The translations under genes were made by a program, and so were the position numbers. A DNA stretch of 63,134 nucleotides, counting the filler, from Chiloscyllium plagiosum (Eukaryota): NCBI RefSeq assembly GCF_004010195.1. It is 4 parts of one record of this genome, joined end to end, with 100 filler letters (N's around TTAATTAATTAA, not from the genome) between each part and the next. Parts side by side here need not be neighbours in the genome. Positions count along the whole stretch, not along the records: positions 20,373 to 44,632 come from NC_057712.1; positions 44,733 to 56,767 come from NC_057712.1; 2 more parts are not named here. One strand, 5' to 3'. The notes beneath the pieces are model-generated. The model saw nothing but the letters and a program-made list of their open reading frames with translations, ran no database searches and was not told the DNA's origin. Shown here one piece after another: positions 38,346 through 51,010 of this stretch (the first letter of the stretch is position 1; the number at the start of each line of letters is the position of its first letter).

Positions 38346-38436
38346 GATGATGGAAATGTGTTGCTGGAAAAGCGCAGCAGGTCAGGCAGCATCTAGGGAA
38401 CAGGAGAATCGACGTTTCGGGCATTAGCCCTTCTTC
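38346..38436 (-). mobile_element. Short PLE terminal-repeat insertion truncated within the HHR core
   Basis: GCTGGAAAAGCGCAGCAGGTCAGGCAGCATC..GACGTTTCGGGCATTAGCCCTTCTTCA. TSD TCACACATGCA at 38335-45 and 38435-45. Confidence 0.85.
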
Positions 38437-38854
38437 ACACATGCACTCATTCCTTGAGACTTTGCCAATCATATCTCTTCAATTCTAACTGGGCCTCTTT
38501 AGGTTCTGGACAGGACATTTGCAATTGCATTTGATTTCTTGGCAGTATTGATGATACTTAAGTGGTATCATTGATAAAACCATTCAATGGAATAATCTTG
38601 CGTTCTGAGTTTTAAACCTTTTCACAAAACTTAACAGGTTATGGTCAGTATAGACTATGGTCTCTCACTGCCCACTTCGGACATGTATCTTATTATGCCT
38701 GAGAACCAGTAATAACTGGGTTTCCTTCTTCACTGCAGAGTACCAATTCTGATGTTTTTTAGTTCTTTGGGCAGTGTTTTGTCTTCCTGGAGAAAGGAAA
38801 CCCCTGGCCAGTTGTCACTTGGCTCAATGGCTTTTTAAAATGCTTGGTTAACGC

Positions 38855-39572
38855 CAAAAAAAACTGCAGATGCTGGAATCCAAAGAAGACAGGCAGGAGG
38901 CTGGAAGAACACAGCTAGCCAGGCACCATCAGGAGGTGGAGAAGTCGACATTTTGGGTGTAACCCTTCTTCGGGACTGGGGGTGGGTGTAGGGGGTGCTG
39001 CAGGGTGTTGAAATGGGGATAGGTGAAAACAAGTAGAGGGTACGACCTGGTTGGTCAATGGGAGGAATGAATCCGAATGAATGGAGTCAGGGGATGAGAA
39101 GGGAGGCTGGAATTGGAAAACTCAATGTTGAGTCCTCCGGGCTATAGGCTGCCCAGATTGAAGATGAAGTGTTGTTCCTCCAATTTATGGTGTGGTTCAT
39201 TGTGGCAATGGAGGAGGCCAACCTTATCTTCCACCTGGGCAGCCTACTGCCCAGAGGACTCAACACTGAGCTGTCCAAGTTCAAATAACCTCCCTCTCCA
39301 TCCCCGACTCCCTTCCCAGCTCGTCCCCTTCCCTTTCATTCCTCCCTGCCACTTACTGGATTCATTTCTCCCATTGACCAACTAGGTTATACCGTCTACC
39401 TGTCTTCACCTATCCCCACTTCACCACGCTACCCCTGCCTCCCCCTTTATCAGCAGCTCTCCTGACACCCACCCCCAGTCCTGAAGGAGGGTTTCACCTG
39501 AAATGTTGACTTCTGCACATCCTGCTGCTGCCTGGCTTGCTGTGTTCTTCCAGCCTCTTGCCTGTCTACTAC
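38855..39572. mobile_element. Large PLE foldback: two inverted 3' ends (ORF C-terminus, UTR, HHR-like terminus)
   Basis: 38880-39075 is the inverse of 39357-39570. The centre has the LIFHLGSLLPRGLNTE-type ORF end in both orientations, with the junction near 39220. Confidence 0.85.
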
Positions 39573-40609
39573 GGTTTAAGTTTGGAGCTATTAGTACTGG
39601 CACATTTTAAAAAATTGCTTTCAGGTTTTAAAAAGCAGTTTGTAATTTTTCAGTTGACACTACCTTTTTAATAGATCTGTCAGTCGTGCGGCTACTGTTC
39701 TGAAATTTGAGACGACCTTTCCATAGAACATGCACATTCCCATGACAAATGGGAGAATTGTGCTACTGCTTCCATCTTTGTAACCCTAACCAGTCCTCAT
39801 CATTGACCCATTGGTCACTTGGGCTTTAGCTAATCATTCTTAGCAAGATTCTTCAAGATCTTCTGACTTCCTTGTGGATCTGTGGCCATTAAAGATGCTG
39901 GCTGATGCTTTTCTGTTTACACTGATATCTCCAGCTATCGGAACTTCATGGGTTAGCCATAATACATCCCAGTGGTACCTGGCCAGTGTCACTATCTAGT
40001 GGATCACTGTCCACTCATTTTCAGTGAAGGCCTTTCGTTTCCTCATCAGCACCTCTTTGTAGCTATAGTGATACTCAGAGGCTGTTTCTGCCTCAATCTC
40101 AGTGTGAGTAGTCTGAGCTAGTGTTTTGGAAGTGGGCCTTCCTTGGGTGCTACACAAGGAAGCTCAATTTATTACAGACTCCCAAAAAAAAGTTTTGGAA
40201 AACCAGCCTGTAGGGTCTTCCATTTGCAGTGCCATTTCAGCACCAAGTCATTGAGCTTGTTTGGCTATGGACCGTGTACCCACACAGTTAGAGAAATGCC
40301 AGGTGCTTTATCCCATAGTGGTTCGATGTCCCTGAACTGAATGGGCTTCTCAGAGACCACTAGGGAATCTATTGCCTTTGATCCTATCAGATCAAAGCAG
40401 AAGAGCATGTTGATTCCAACCACAGGCAAACTGGGGATGACTCCCACATTCACTGGTCCTGATATAGGGTGCAAATACAAAATATACATGCATCCCCCCT
40501 CAATCCCTTTTGTCAGCACCATTGCACTTATTGTAATAGCTATTGGGAAGAAGATGCCTTTTCTCAGCAGTAGAGTTAGCCTTTGTATCCCTAAAGATCA
40601 CTGCAGGCT

Positions 40610-41215
40610 TAGAACATAGAACATAGAACATAGAAGAATACAGCGCAGTACAGGCCCTTTGGCCCTCGATGTTGCGCCAATCCAAGCCCACCTAACCTAT
40701 ACTAACCCACTATCCTCCATATACCTATCCAATGCCCGCTTAAATGCCCATAAAGAGGGAGAGTCCACCACTGCTAATGGCAGGGCATTCCATGAACTTA
40801 CGACTCGCTGAGTGAAGAACCAACCCATAACTTCAGTCCTTTATCTACCCCCCCTTAATTTAAAGCTATGCCCCCTTGTAATACCCGACTCCATACGCGG
40901 GAAAAGGTTCACACTGTCAACCCTATCTAACCCCCTAATCATCTTGTACACCTCAATCAAGTCACCCCTAAACCTTCTTTTCTCTAATGAAAACAGCCCC
41001 AAGTGTCTCAGTCTTTCCTCATACGATCTTCCTTCCATACCAGGCAACATCCTGGTAAACCTCCTCTGCACCCGTTCCAGTGCCTCCACATCCTTCCTAT
41101 AATATGGCGACCAAAACTGCACACAATATTCCAGATGCGGCCGCACCAGAGTCTTATACAACTGCATCATGACCTCAGGACTCCGGAACTCAATTCCTCT
41201 ACCAATAAAAGCCAA
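40610..41215 (-). mobile_element. Young CR1 3' end with (TAGAACA)n tail
   Basis: ORF 40841-41215 (LVRPHLEYCVQFWSP..RGDLIEVYK). Same family as 54898-55373. Confidence 0.92.
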
Positions 41216-41489
41216 TAAAATGAAATTCTATGAGCTGAAAAAGAAACTCTTGATATTTACTGACATTTTTAATAATATAATACACAATTATTTAAATTAA
41301 AGCTGTCCAGAAAAGTAATCAATGCTAATCAAGCATAATTTCCCATTGAAGCCGAACAAATTCATTCACAGCCATTCGCAGTTCTTTTGGGAGCCAGTAG
41401 AGTCATAATGGGTCAAATAGCTTCTTTCTGTACTGTAAAATTTGATATTTCTATGTTTCTGATCACTATGTCACAAGAACCCTCCTTTC

Positions 41490-41895
41490 CAGGATAAAAC
41501 AGGCTGGTTGATTGGCACCACATCCACCAGCATTCACCCCCTCCACTACAAAAGCTAAGTAGCAGCAGTGTGTACCATCTATAAATACATTGCAAAAATT
41601 CACCAAGACTCCTTAGTCGCCATCTTCTAAATCCGCAGCCGTTCCTGTCTAGAAGGACCAGTGCATGCGAGTACCATCATCTGCAAGTTTCCCTTCAAGA
41701 CATTCACCATCCTGGCTTGGAAATATAATGTTGTTCCTTTAGTGTCACTGGTTAAAAATCCTGGAGCTCCCTCCACATCATATTGTGGGTCTACTTTCCC
41801 TAATGAATCACAATGGTTCAAGGAAGCTCACCACCATCTTCTCCAGGACAACTTTGAATAGGCAATAAACGCTGTTGCAGACAATGAAGAAAACA
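41490..41895 (+). mobile_element. 3' fragment of the 27771-type LINE
   Basis: Reverse complement of 27790-28200 (AGCAGCAGTGTGTACCATCT.., GCTCACCACCATCTTCTC). Confidence 0.75.
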
Positions 41896-42344
41896 AAGTG
41901 GCACAAAATCCAACATGTTTGTGCTATTTTCAAATGTAATGACTCTGTAACCTTGTACTTGCCTAATAATAAGTGCAGAGATAGGTTTAGGAACTTATAA
42001 CCATATGGCTAACAATGTTGCTCTTCAATCATTTACTTTTTTTTTCTTGCACAGACTGTGTTCACTTCCCTCACACCTCAGGCATGCAGCTATTTGCAAT
42101 AAGATCATTTTAAGTGAGTTGGCACACATTGCTTGAGCTGGTAGCCTGTTCCGTATGTTAACAAGCCTCATGCGTAAAGAAACTACTCCTTTTAAGTACT
42201 TAGCTGTAAGCATCTTTGGTTTTTACTGTGAAGAAGCATATGCCAATTTACATTTACACAGCCTGCAGAGAACATTTAGTTCAAGTCAGGATACTTAAAA
42301 CAGGATTCAAACTTTTAAAATTTGTGAATACTTGAATTAATTAA

Positions 42345-42865
42345 CATACCTTCTATAGGAAGGATGTTATCAAACTTGAGAGGGTGCAGAAAAGGTTTAC
42401 AAGGATGTTGCTAGTACTGGAGGGTTTGAGCTATAGGGAGAGGTTGAATAGGCTGGGGCTTTTTTCCGCTGGAACATTAAAGACTGAGGAGTGACCTTAT
42501 CAAAGTTTATAAAATCATGAGGGGCATGCATTTGATGAATAGCAAAGATCTTTTTCCTCGGGTAGGAGAGTCCAAAATTAGAAGGCATAGGTCTAAGGTG
42601 AGAGTGGAAAGATTTTAAAAGGACCTGAGGTGTAACTTTTTCATCCAGAGGACAGTGCCTGTATGGAAGGAACTGCCAGAGGAATTAGTGAAGGCTGGTA
42701 CAATTACCACATTTAAAAGGCATCTGGACATGTACATGAATAGGAAGGATCTAGAGGGATACCAGCCAAATGGTGGCAAATGGGACTAGGTCAGATTTGA
42801 ACGTCTGGTCTACATGGATGAGTTGGACCAAAAGGTCTCTTTCTGTGTTGTATGATTTCATGATC
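42345..42865 (+). mobile_element. HER1-type CR1 3' fragment
   Basis: Reverse complement of the 18292-18830 type sequence. Confidence 0.85.
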
Positions 42866-43407
42866 CACCTGAATGGGTAGGTTTACATTCACAATTTGAG
42901 TTGCAGACTGAGATATCCCGTTCTGAAGATCTAAAGGATTGGCTCAAGCATCCCTGGCATTTTGGTGTGAACTTGCTTGTTTGACCTGGTCATTTCAGGG
43001 GCAGCAGGTGCTACTTTAAGATACAATTCAGAGCCATTTATTCCAGTTTAGTTTGAATGAATGTAAAGTTAAAATGAGATTATGCTGGTGGCAACAAGTG
43101 ATGTGGGTATGGATCTGTATCAAGGTTTCCTCTTGGGTAGCTCTTGACACTTGAAGGACTTTCTTCATGTTCCTCAGCTTCCCAACCCCCACCATAAAAT
43201 CATGATAGTGTGGGGAATAGGTGCTGCATCTGTCATTTATCCATCCCACAAACTGATATTTCAAACTTATTTTTATATCTACAAAGCACCAGTTGCATCC
43301 ACCTAGCACAAAAATGCAAAAACACATGTACTTTCCACCTGGGACTATGTTAAGGCATCTTGTGAGAAATTAGTTGAATTCAGGTTTACTCTCTCCAACA
43401 AAATAAT

Positions 43408-43540
43408 TCCTGAAGAGTCACCAGATTCAAAATATTAGTTCTATTGTTTCTCCACAGGTGCTGCCAGATCTGTTGAGTTTCTCCAACTATTTGTGCTTTT
43501 GTTTGTTTCAGATCTGCAGAATCCAGAAATCTTTGTTTTA
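43408..43540 (+). mobile_element. Older PLE terminal-repeat fragment
   Basis: CTGAAGAGTCA..TCTCCACAGGTGCTGCCAGATCTGTTGAGTTTCTCCA. Related copies lie at 46120-46215, 53385-53585 and 60955-61155. Confidence 0.65.
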
Positions 43541-44379
43541 TGTTAACGTCATTTCTGTCACTCACTTATACAAATGAATATGGGTTGTCACATTCTGGTG
43601 CCATGGATGATTTAGTAAAGCCTAGATTATTAATTTCTCATTGAGATATTATCTTGGAGACATTTATAAAATAGAAGAATTGATTTTTTGTTGGGAAATA
43701 GAAAATGAGGTTGATATTGGATGCAGATATGTTAATGCATTTGTCTGAAATGCCTACTTCTGCCATGTGGATAAAGACATCAGCAGTAGATAAAGAGTGA
43801 AATATTTCAAAATCAATGGTTGGAGTGCATTAATTATGAATGTGTTAATATATTGACAACTATATATGTTGAAACTTTCTGCCTAGCATATGTCTGGCAC
43901 ACTTAAGACATCTTTTTTAAGTAGATGTCAATTTAGAGAGAAATTGAATCTCAGTTTAATTGACTTCAGGCTGCTCATAACATCTAATCTGACCTCAGGG
44001 AGTGTCTATTTACAACAAGTGTATGGTAGTGAAATGATTATACCACAGAACTACGAAACCAAAAGCCTGGACTAATTTAACTAAAGTGTATACCCCACTA
44101 AAAGAATTTGAGTACAGTTTAGAAACAATCAGGAAATGAATAGCTGGCATCAGTAAAAGTGACTATGGTTTATCATAATCACCAATCACTATATAATGGG
44201 CATTAAATAATGGCTAGACTACAGCTTATTAAACTTAGTGAACTCAGCAATGCAGTATTCTCCTCTCTACTGGCTTGTAACAAGATTACAAACAGGTCAA
44301 TGTAATTATATCCTGACATTGTCAGACCCTTCAGCTAATATCCAGAGCACCTCAATTACTATCCTTTGATATCCTTGGA

Positions 44380-44632
44380 CTTCACCAGTTTCTTCATCCC
44401 CCCTCCCCCCACCTTGTCTCAGCCGGATCCTTCCAGCCCGGCACCGCCTTCCTGACCTGCAGTCTTCTTCTTGACCTCTCCGCCTCCACCCTACTCCGAC
44501 CTATCACCCTCACCTTGACCTCTTTCCACCTATCACATTTCCAACTCCCCTCCTCCAAGTCCCTCCTCCCTACCTTTTATCTTCTCCTGCTGAACACTCT
44601 CTGCTCATTCCTGAAGAAGAGCCTGTGCCCGA
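44380..44632 (+). mobile_element. PLE 3' UTR ending in an HHR core, cut by a gap
   Basis: Pyrimidine-rich UTR homologous to the reverse complement of 8860-9090, ending CATTC-CTGAAGA-AGAGCCTGTGCCC-GA[N]. Confidence 0.8.
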
Positions 44633-44732
44633 NNNNNNNNNNNNNNNNNNNNNNNNNNNNNNNNNNNNNNNNNNNNTTAATTAATTAANNNNNNNNNNNN
44701 NNNNNNNNNNNNNNNNNNNNNNNNNNNNNNNN

Positions 44733-45712
44733 TATCTGCGAACATCTGCCCCCAATCAGCTTTTGAAAGTTCTTGCCTAATACTGTCAAAATTGGCCTTT
44801 CTCCAATTTAGAACTTCAATTTTTAGATCTGGTCTATCCATTTCCATCATTATTTTAAATCTAATAGAATGATGGTTGCTGGCCCCTAAGTGCTCCCCCA
44901 TTGACACCTCAGTCACCTGCCCTGCCATATTTCCCAAGAGTAGGTCAAGTTTTGCACCTTCTCTAGTAGGTACATCCACATACTGAATCAAAAAGTTTTC
45001 TTGTACACACTTAACAAATTCCTCTCCATCTAAACCCTTAACACCATGATAGTCCCAGTCTATGTTTGGAAAGTTAAAATTCCCTACCATATTTTTCTTA
45101 CAGATAGCTGAGATCTCTTTACAAGTTTGTTTCTCAATTTCCCTCTGACTATTAGGGGGTCTATAATACAATCCCAATAAGGTGATCATCCCTTTCTTAT
45201 TTCTCAGTTCCACCCAAATAACTTCCCTGGATATATTTCCGGGAATATCCTCCCTCAGCACAGCTGTAATGTTATCCCTTTTTAAAAATGCCACTCCCCC
45301 TCCTCTCTTGCCTCCCTTTTTATCCTTCCTGTAGCATTTGTATCTTGGAACATTAAGCTGCCAGTCCTGTCTATCCCTGAGCCATATTTCTGTAATTGCT
45401 ATGATATCCCAGTCCCATGTTCCTAACCATGCCCTGAGTTCATCTGCCTTCCCTGTTAGACCCCTTGCGTTGAAATAAATGCAGTTTAATTTATTAGTCC
45501 TACCTTGTCCCTGCCTGCCCTGACACTGTACCAGTCTCAGATTGATCTCTTTCCTCACTATCTCCCTGGGTCCCACCCCCCACCTTATTCATTTAAATCC
45601 TCCCGAGCAACTCTCGCAAATCTTCCTGCCAGTATATTAGTTCCCTTCCAATTTCGGTGCAAACCGTCCTTCTACCCCAGGTCACTTCTACCCCAAAAGA
45701 TTGTTACCTTTT
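44733..45712 (-). mobile_element. CR1 ORF1/ORF2 junction and AP endonuclease domain
   Basis: ORF 44677-45576: CIYFNARGL, DIIAITE, RGGGVA, YYRPP, GNFNFPNIDW, PTREGAKLDL. Confidence 0.92.
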
Positions 45713-46249
45713 GACTAAAAAATAATTTGAGCATTAATTGTACCTTGAATTAAAGAAAAGTTTGGGTGGAGAGGGGGATGAGTATTGCTGAGATTGTGGC
45801 AAGATTTAAGAATAGGTTAGACAAATGTTCGAAGGAAAGGAATTTGTTCTGAGTTACACCTTCTCCTGACCTCTCTTCCATTCCAACTGGAGGTCTGAAG
45901 GTTGTTAAATCCCACAACAAGATTGGCATGGTGGTGAATGCTTCTGCTTTTGGGTGAGTGACGTATTCTGTAGGCCTGTCTATTGTATTTCCCTGTGACC
46001 TGGTGATTGTCTCAATAGGAGATTTGTAAAGGAATGTACAAGAGCATGCCAGAAACGTAACAGGCCAGGCAGAACTTGAAATGACGGGCTAACGTGGTGA
46101 AGTTGCAACCCATCCAGTTTGGAAGAAGCCATATTGGATGTGAAATTTTAACTTTGTTTCTCTTTCCACAGATGCTGCCAGACCTGCTGAGTTTCTCCAG
46201 CAATTCCTAATTTTACTCCAGAGTGGACAAACATGGATTGTTTTCACTA

Positions 46250-46610
46250 AAGCGTTGGAGCCTGAGTTGTGAACTGATAGAAGTATGTAAAATAGGCATG
46301 GATACAGTGGATAGTCTGAGAATTTTTCCCAGGGTAGAAATGTTAAACACTTGGGAGCGTGGGTTTAGGTGAGAGGGCGGTGTCTGAGGCAGGTGTTTAT
46401 GCAGTCAGTGGTAGATGCCTGGAACCCACTGTGAGCGGTGATGATAGAAGTAGATATGATAGCAATGTTTAAGAGGCATTTAGACATGCAGATGGACAGG
46501 CAGGGTATAGATGCATACAGACCATGAGCAGACAGATGGGATTAGGTTGGAATGGCATCATTTCTAACACAGACATAGTAGGGTGAAAGGCCTGTTCTGT
46601 TCTATTTCTG
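46250..46610 (+). mobile_element. CR1 3' fragment
   Basis: GAACTGATAGAAGTATGTAAAAT..TTTAAGAGGCATTTAGAC..GAAAGGCCTGTTCTG tail. Confidence 0.7.
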
Positions 46611-48514
46611 GCATCTGCAGTATTTGGCCTTGAATGGGGATTGAAAATCAAACAACTAATTGGAGGAGGAGTCTTGGCATTTGCCCTTTCCATCAAACTT
46701 GGGTCCAAGAAGGCAAGGTGAAGCACGTGCAGCCATCTTCAGCCAGAAGTTCTGAGTGGATGATCTATCTTGGCCTTCTCCTGAGGAGGACAGCATCACA
46801 GTCTTCCGCTAAAACAATTCACTCCAATGTGACATCAAGAAACAGCTGAAGCCACTGGATCTGAAAAGGCTATGGGCCCTGACATTCCAGCAATAGCAGT
46901 GAAGGCCTGTGTCCCAGAATTATAGGTACCCCTAGCTAAGCTGTCACAGTATGTCGACAACTCTGACATCTTCCTCACAGTGAGAACAATTGTCCTGTGC
47001 ATAAAAAGTAGGAGAAATTCAAATCAGCTATTACTGCCCCAACAGTCTACCATTGAACCTCAGCATTAAAAAAGTGTGCTAAGCCAAAAATATTAAGGGT
47101 GTGATATGATCATTATGTAAATCCATGACAAAGACCTAATCCAAGCTTTGAAGCACATCCCTACACTCATAGGGCCACAATGATATCCAGTCAAATAGAC
47201 CTACTACAACATACAGCAATAAGTTCATGAGACCAATATCTTCATACAATAACTTTCTTTTTAAAACTTGATTTATTCTCCCTAGGGATGAGAATGAGCA
47301 GTGATCAGACATATTCAGAAAGAGATAGGAGCTAAGGTCTCATCGAGGTGAACAGCTCCTGGTTTGCCTTGCATCATGATTGTGATCAGCTGAGAGGGTG
47401 GATGAAGAAAGAAGAGGAGGTAGCGGTTCATCCCTTGTCACATGGGAGCTTTACAATTAAACGTATCCCATCTGGAACTGAAATAACTTAGAGACCTTCA
47501 CCCACAGTTGCATTGTCACATGGAAGACAACATCAAGTGTTAGTTATACTTTGGCATCCAATAATCTCTTGGTGGTGGTGATGAAGTTATATTAATTATA
47601 AAATGAACATGTCGTGTGGGAGACAGTCTATTATCTCCAAATTATAGCTCAGTACTGTCTTGTACAATGTGAATTGTTGCGGGCTTAGTTGGCAATCACT
47701 TTATAATACTTCACATATTTTTAAATTGGACATAAAAAATCTCTAATCAACTGAACTCAGCTTCCACAATATATCCTGCATTCTGTTATATTGTGATATC
47801 AAGTTAGAAATCATAATCTGAGAGTACCGTCTAAAATGTGATTAATCAATTTTGCCTGATGGTTACTCTTGTAAATTTTGTGAATTGTAAGCAGGATTTC
47901 AATTTTTCATACTGAAGCATGTCGTACTCAATCATTATATTTACATTTCAGGTTAAAGGTCTTTCAGCTTCCAAAATTTCTGAAAGTGAAGGCAGATGCT
48001 GAGTTAATATTGCTTTGATTTTTAATACCTGGCACTTGGTTTTACAAACAGTCTGCTGTCACTGCGGTTTTAACAATGCTTTGGCATATTCAGATATTAG
48101 AGATAGGCCCCTTTTTGATTTTAGGGTCAAAATGCGGCTCAAATGAGATCAACCTGGATTAGATGAAAACCTGTTAAAATCAAAATGTTTTCAAAGTCCA
48201 AAACCGCATGTGTGCACTGCTGTGTCAAAACAAATAATATGATATTCCATTTCAAGCCAGTCGTTCCATTTAGCATTATTTTGGGTGACTTTCAAACCTC
48301 TAGCTCACTCCTGAATGTGATGACACTAAAGGGCTACACTTTCTGTGGTCTCTTCTCCATGTTGAGATAAACATTTCTAAATGAAAGGGAACTGCATATT
48401 CCTGCAGATAACCTCCTCAAAGCAGCCAAGGGCACCTCACTTAGAAAACTATGAGCAAGATGCATTTACCCTGGGAGAAAGGGAGAATGATAATTTTGAT
48501 AAAGATGTAAAATA

Positions 48515-49290
48515 GAAACATGGGAAAACTAGAAAATAGAAGCAGGAATAGGGCAGGTTATCCAACTCCGCTCCCCCAGTTGGAGAGATGATGGCCTGGA
48601 GGCATGATCGTTAGACTGTTGATCTGGAGACCCAGGTAATGCTCTCAGAATCAGGGGTGAATCCTACAATGGCAGACATAGAATTTGAGGGTTTTTTTAC
48701 GAATCTAGAATTAAGAATCTAATGATGATCGTGAATCCATTGTCAATTGTTGGAAAAACCCAACTGGTTCTCAAAAGCCCTTGAGGGAAGAAACTGTCAT
48801 TCTTCCCTGGTCTGGACTACATGTGATTCCAGACACACAGCAAGGGGTCAGCAACTCTTAAACTGCCTTCTGGGGAAATAGGGATGGGAAATAAATGCTG
48901 GCCTAACCAGCGTCGTCTCATTCTGTGAACAAATAAAATAACTTGTGATCACTTTCGCCCAAAGAATTATACCTAACTCTTTGTCAAAAACATTCAGAGT
49001 TTTGAGCTCCAATGCATTGTGTGATGGAGAATTCCATAGACTCAGCCCTCTGTGGGGTGGAGACATTCCTCCACATCACAGTGCCAAATGGCCTATGCCT
49101 CATTTTTATCCTGGTTCTGGATGCCCTGGTTACCAGGAACACTTCTTTCATTAACCTTGTTCAGTGCCATTAGAATTTTATAGGTTTCCATGAGATTCCC
49201 ACCTCATCCCTATTCTTCTAAACTCCAGTCAATATAGTGCCAACAGATTCAATCCTTCTTCATAAATCAGTCCTGCCAACAAAGGACACT
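48515..49290 (-). mobile_element. CR1 3' fragment interrupted by a SINE
   Basis: AGAAA-type tail at ~48515-48545; SLWNSPS..VFDKELG motif. Confidence 0.65.
48581..48941 (+). mobile_element. tRNA-headed bipartite SINE
   Basis: Degenerate A box (TGGCCTGGAGG) and B box (GGGGTGAATCC). The body is homologous to the reverse complement of 34800-35090 and the tail to the reverse complement of 27775-27845. It ends in an A-rich stretch. Confidence 0.75.
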
Positions 49291-49436
49291 TGTGTGCAAT
49301 ATAAATTCTTCCTCCTGTTGCATGAAATTAAACTTCTTTGACCTTCATTGAAGCTTCATTATAATTAGAATTTAGTTTTCAATTAGTCAGTTGAAGGTTG
49401 GATTCTTGCCCAGTGATTATCAGTCAGATTATAATT

Positions 49437-50632
49437 ACAAACTTGGTTGAGTTTTTTGAAGAAGTAACAAAGAGGATTGATGAGGGCAGAACTATGTGGA
49501 TGTGATCTATATGGACATCAGTAAGGCATTCGGCAAGGTTCCCCATGGAAGACTGATTAGATCTCACGGGATACAGGGAGAACCAACCATTTGGATACAG
49601 AACTGGTTCAAAGATGGAAGACAGAGGGTGGTGGTGGAAGGTTGTTTTTCAGACTGGAGGCCTGTGACCAGTGGAGTGCCACAAGGATCGGTGCTGGGTC
49701 CACTACTTTTTATCATTTATATAAATGATTTGGATGTGAACATAAAAGGTAGAGCTAGTAAGTTTTCAGATGACACCAAAATTGGAGATGTACTTCAGAT
49801 TACAACGGGATCTTGATCAGATGAGCCAATGGGCTGAGAAGTGGCAGATGGAGTTTAATATAGATAAATGTGAGGTGCTGCATTTTGGGAAAGCAAATCA
49901 GAGCAGGACTAATACATTTAATGGAAAGGTCCTCAGGATTGCTGCCGAACAGAGAGGCCTCGGAGTGCAGGTTCATAGCTCCTTGAAAGTGGAATCGCAG
50001 GTAGATCGGATAGTGAAGAAGGTGTTTGGTATACTTTCCTTTATTGGTCAGAATATTGAGTTCAGGAGTTGGGAGGTCATGTTGCGGCTGTACAGGACAT
50101 TGGTTAGGCCACTATTAGAATATTGCGTGCAATTCTGGTCTCCTTCCTATTGAAAGGGGTTCAGAAAAGATTTACAAGGACGTTGCCAGGGTTGGAGGAT
50201 TTGACCTATAGGGAGAGGTTGAATAGGCTGGAGTTGTTTTCCTTGGAATGTCGGAGGCTGAGTGGTGATTACAAAATCATGAGGGGCATGGATAGGATAA
50301 ACAGACAAAGTCTTTTCCCTGGTGTGGGGGAATCCAGAACTAGAGGGCATAGGTTTAGGGTGAGAGGGGAAAAATACCAACCGACCTAAGGGGAAACTTT
50401 TTCATGGTTCCTGTATGGAATGTGCTGCCAGAGGAAGTGTGGAGGCTGGTACAATTGCAACATTTGAAAGGCATCTGGATGGGTATATGAACAGGAAGGG
50501 TTTGGAGGGATATGGGCTGGGTTCTGGTAGGTGGGACTAGATAAGGTTTGGATATCTGGTCGGCATGGACAGGTTGGACCGAAGGGTCTGTTTTCATGCT
50601 TTACATCTCTATGACTCTATGAATCTATGACT
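49437..50632 (+). mobile_element. HER1-type CR1, RT to 3' end
   Basis: DVIYMDISKAF, GVPQGSVLGPLLF and SKFSDDTK motifs; (ACTCTATG) tail. Confidence 0.92.
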
Positions 50633-50639
50633 TGTGTTG

Positions 50640-51010
50640 AATGCGCCACCGATTATTGCCAATAGTCAGCTACAAGATGCACTACAGAAATTCATCAAGG
50701 CTCCTTAGACATGACATTCCAAACCTGCAACTACTGTCATCTAAAAGGGCAAGGGCAGCAGATACATTGGAACACCTCCACCATCAAGTTCCTCACCAAG
50801 CCACTTACCATCCTCACTTGGAAATACATTACTATTCCTTGCATTGCTGAGTTAAAATCCTAACAGTCCCTTCCTGATGGTACTTTGGTTCCATCTGTAG
50901 CAAATGGACTGCAGCGGCTCAAGAAGGCAGCTCACCATCCCCTTCTCAGGGCAAGTTAAGCAGAGGCAATAAATGTAGGCACAGTTATCTCTTGAATGAA
51001 TTAAAATAAA
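50640..51010 (+). mobile_element. 3' fragment of the 27771-type LINE
   Basis: Reverse complement of 27780-28130. Confidence 0.75.

Larger units (their letters stand above)
38030..40608 (-). mobile_element. Decayed Gmr1-like Gypsy pol (protease, then integrase N-terminus, then probable RT/RNase H), hosting PLE inserts
   Basis: Protease-like IFRDT.. and GIEGG..SGPVNVGVIPSLPVVGINMLFCFDL at 40265-40608. Integrase zinc-binding YHWDVLWLTHEVPIAGDISVNRK..WPQIHKEV at ~39860-39990. Downstream domains are only weakly visible. Confidence 0.6.

Noticed and set aside
48581..48941. Naming this SINE as SacSINE1/DeuSINE
   Set aside because: Its body does not match the Deu-domain as I recall it. Only a very decayed Deu-like trace may exist near 30870-31000, too weak to call.
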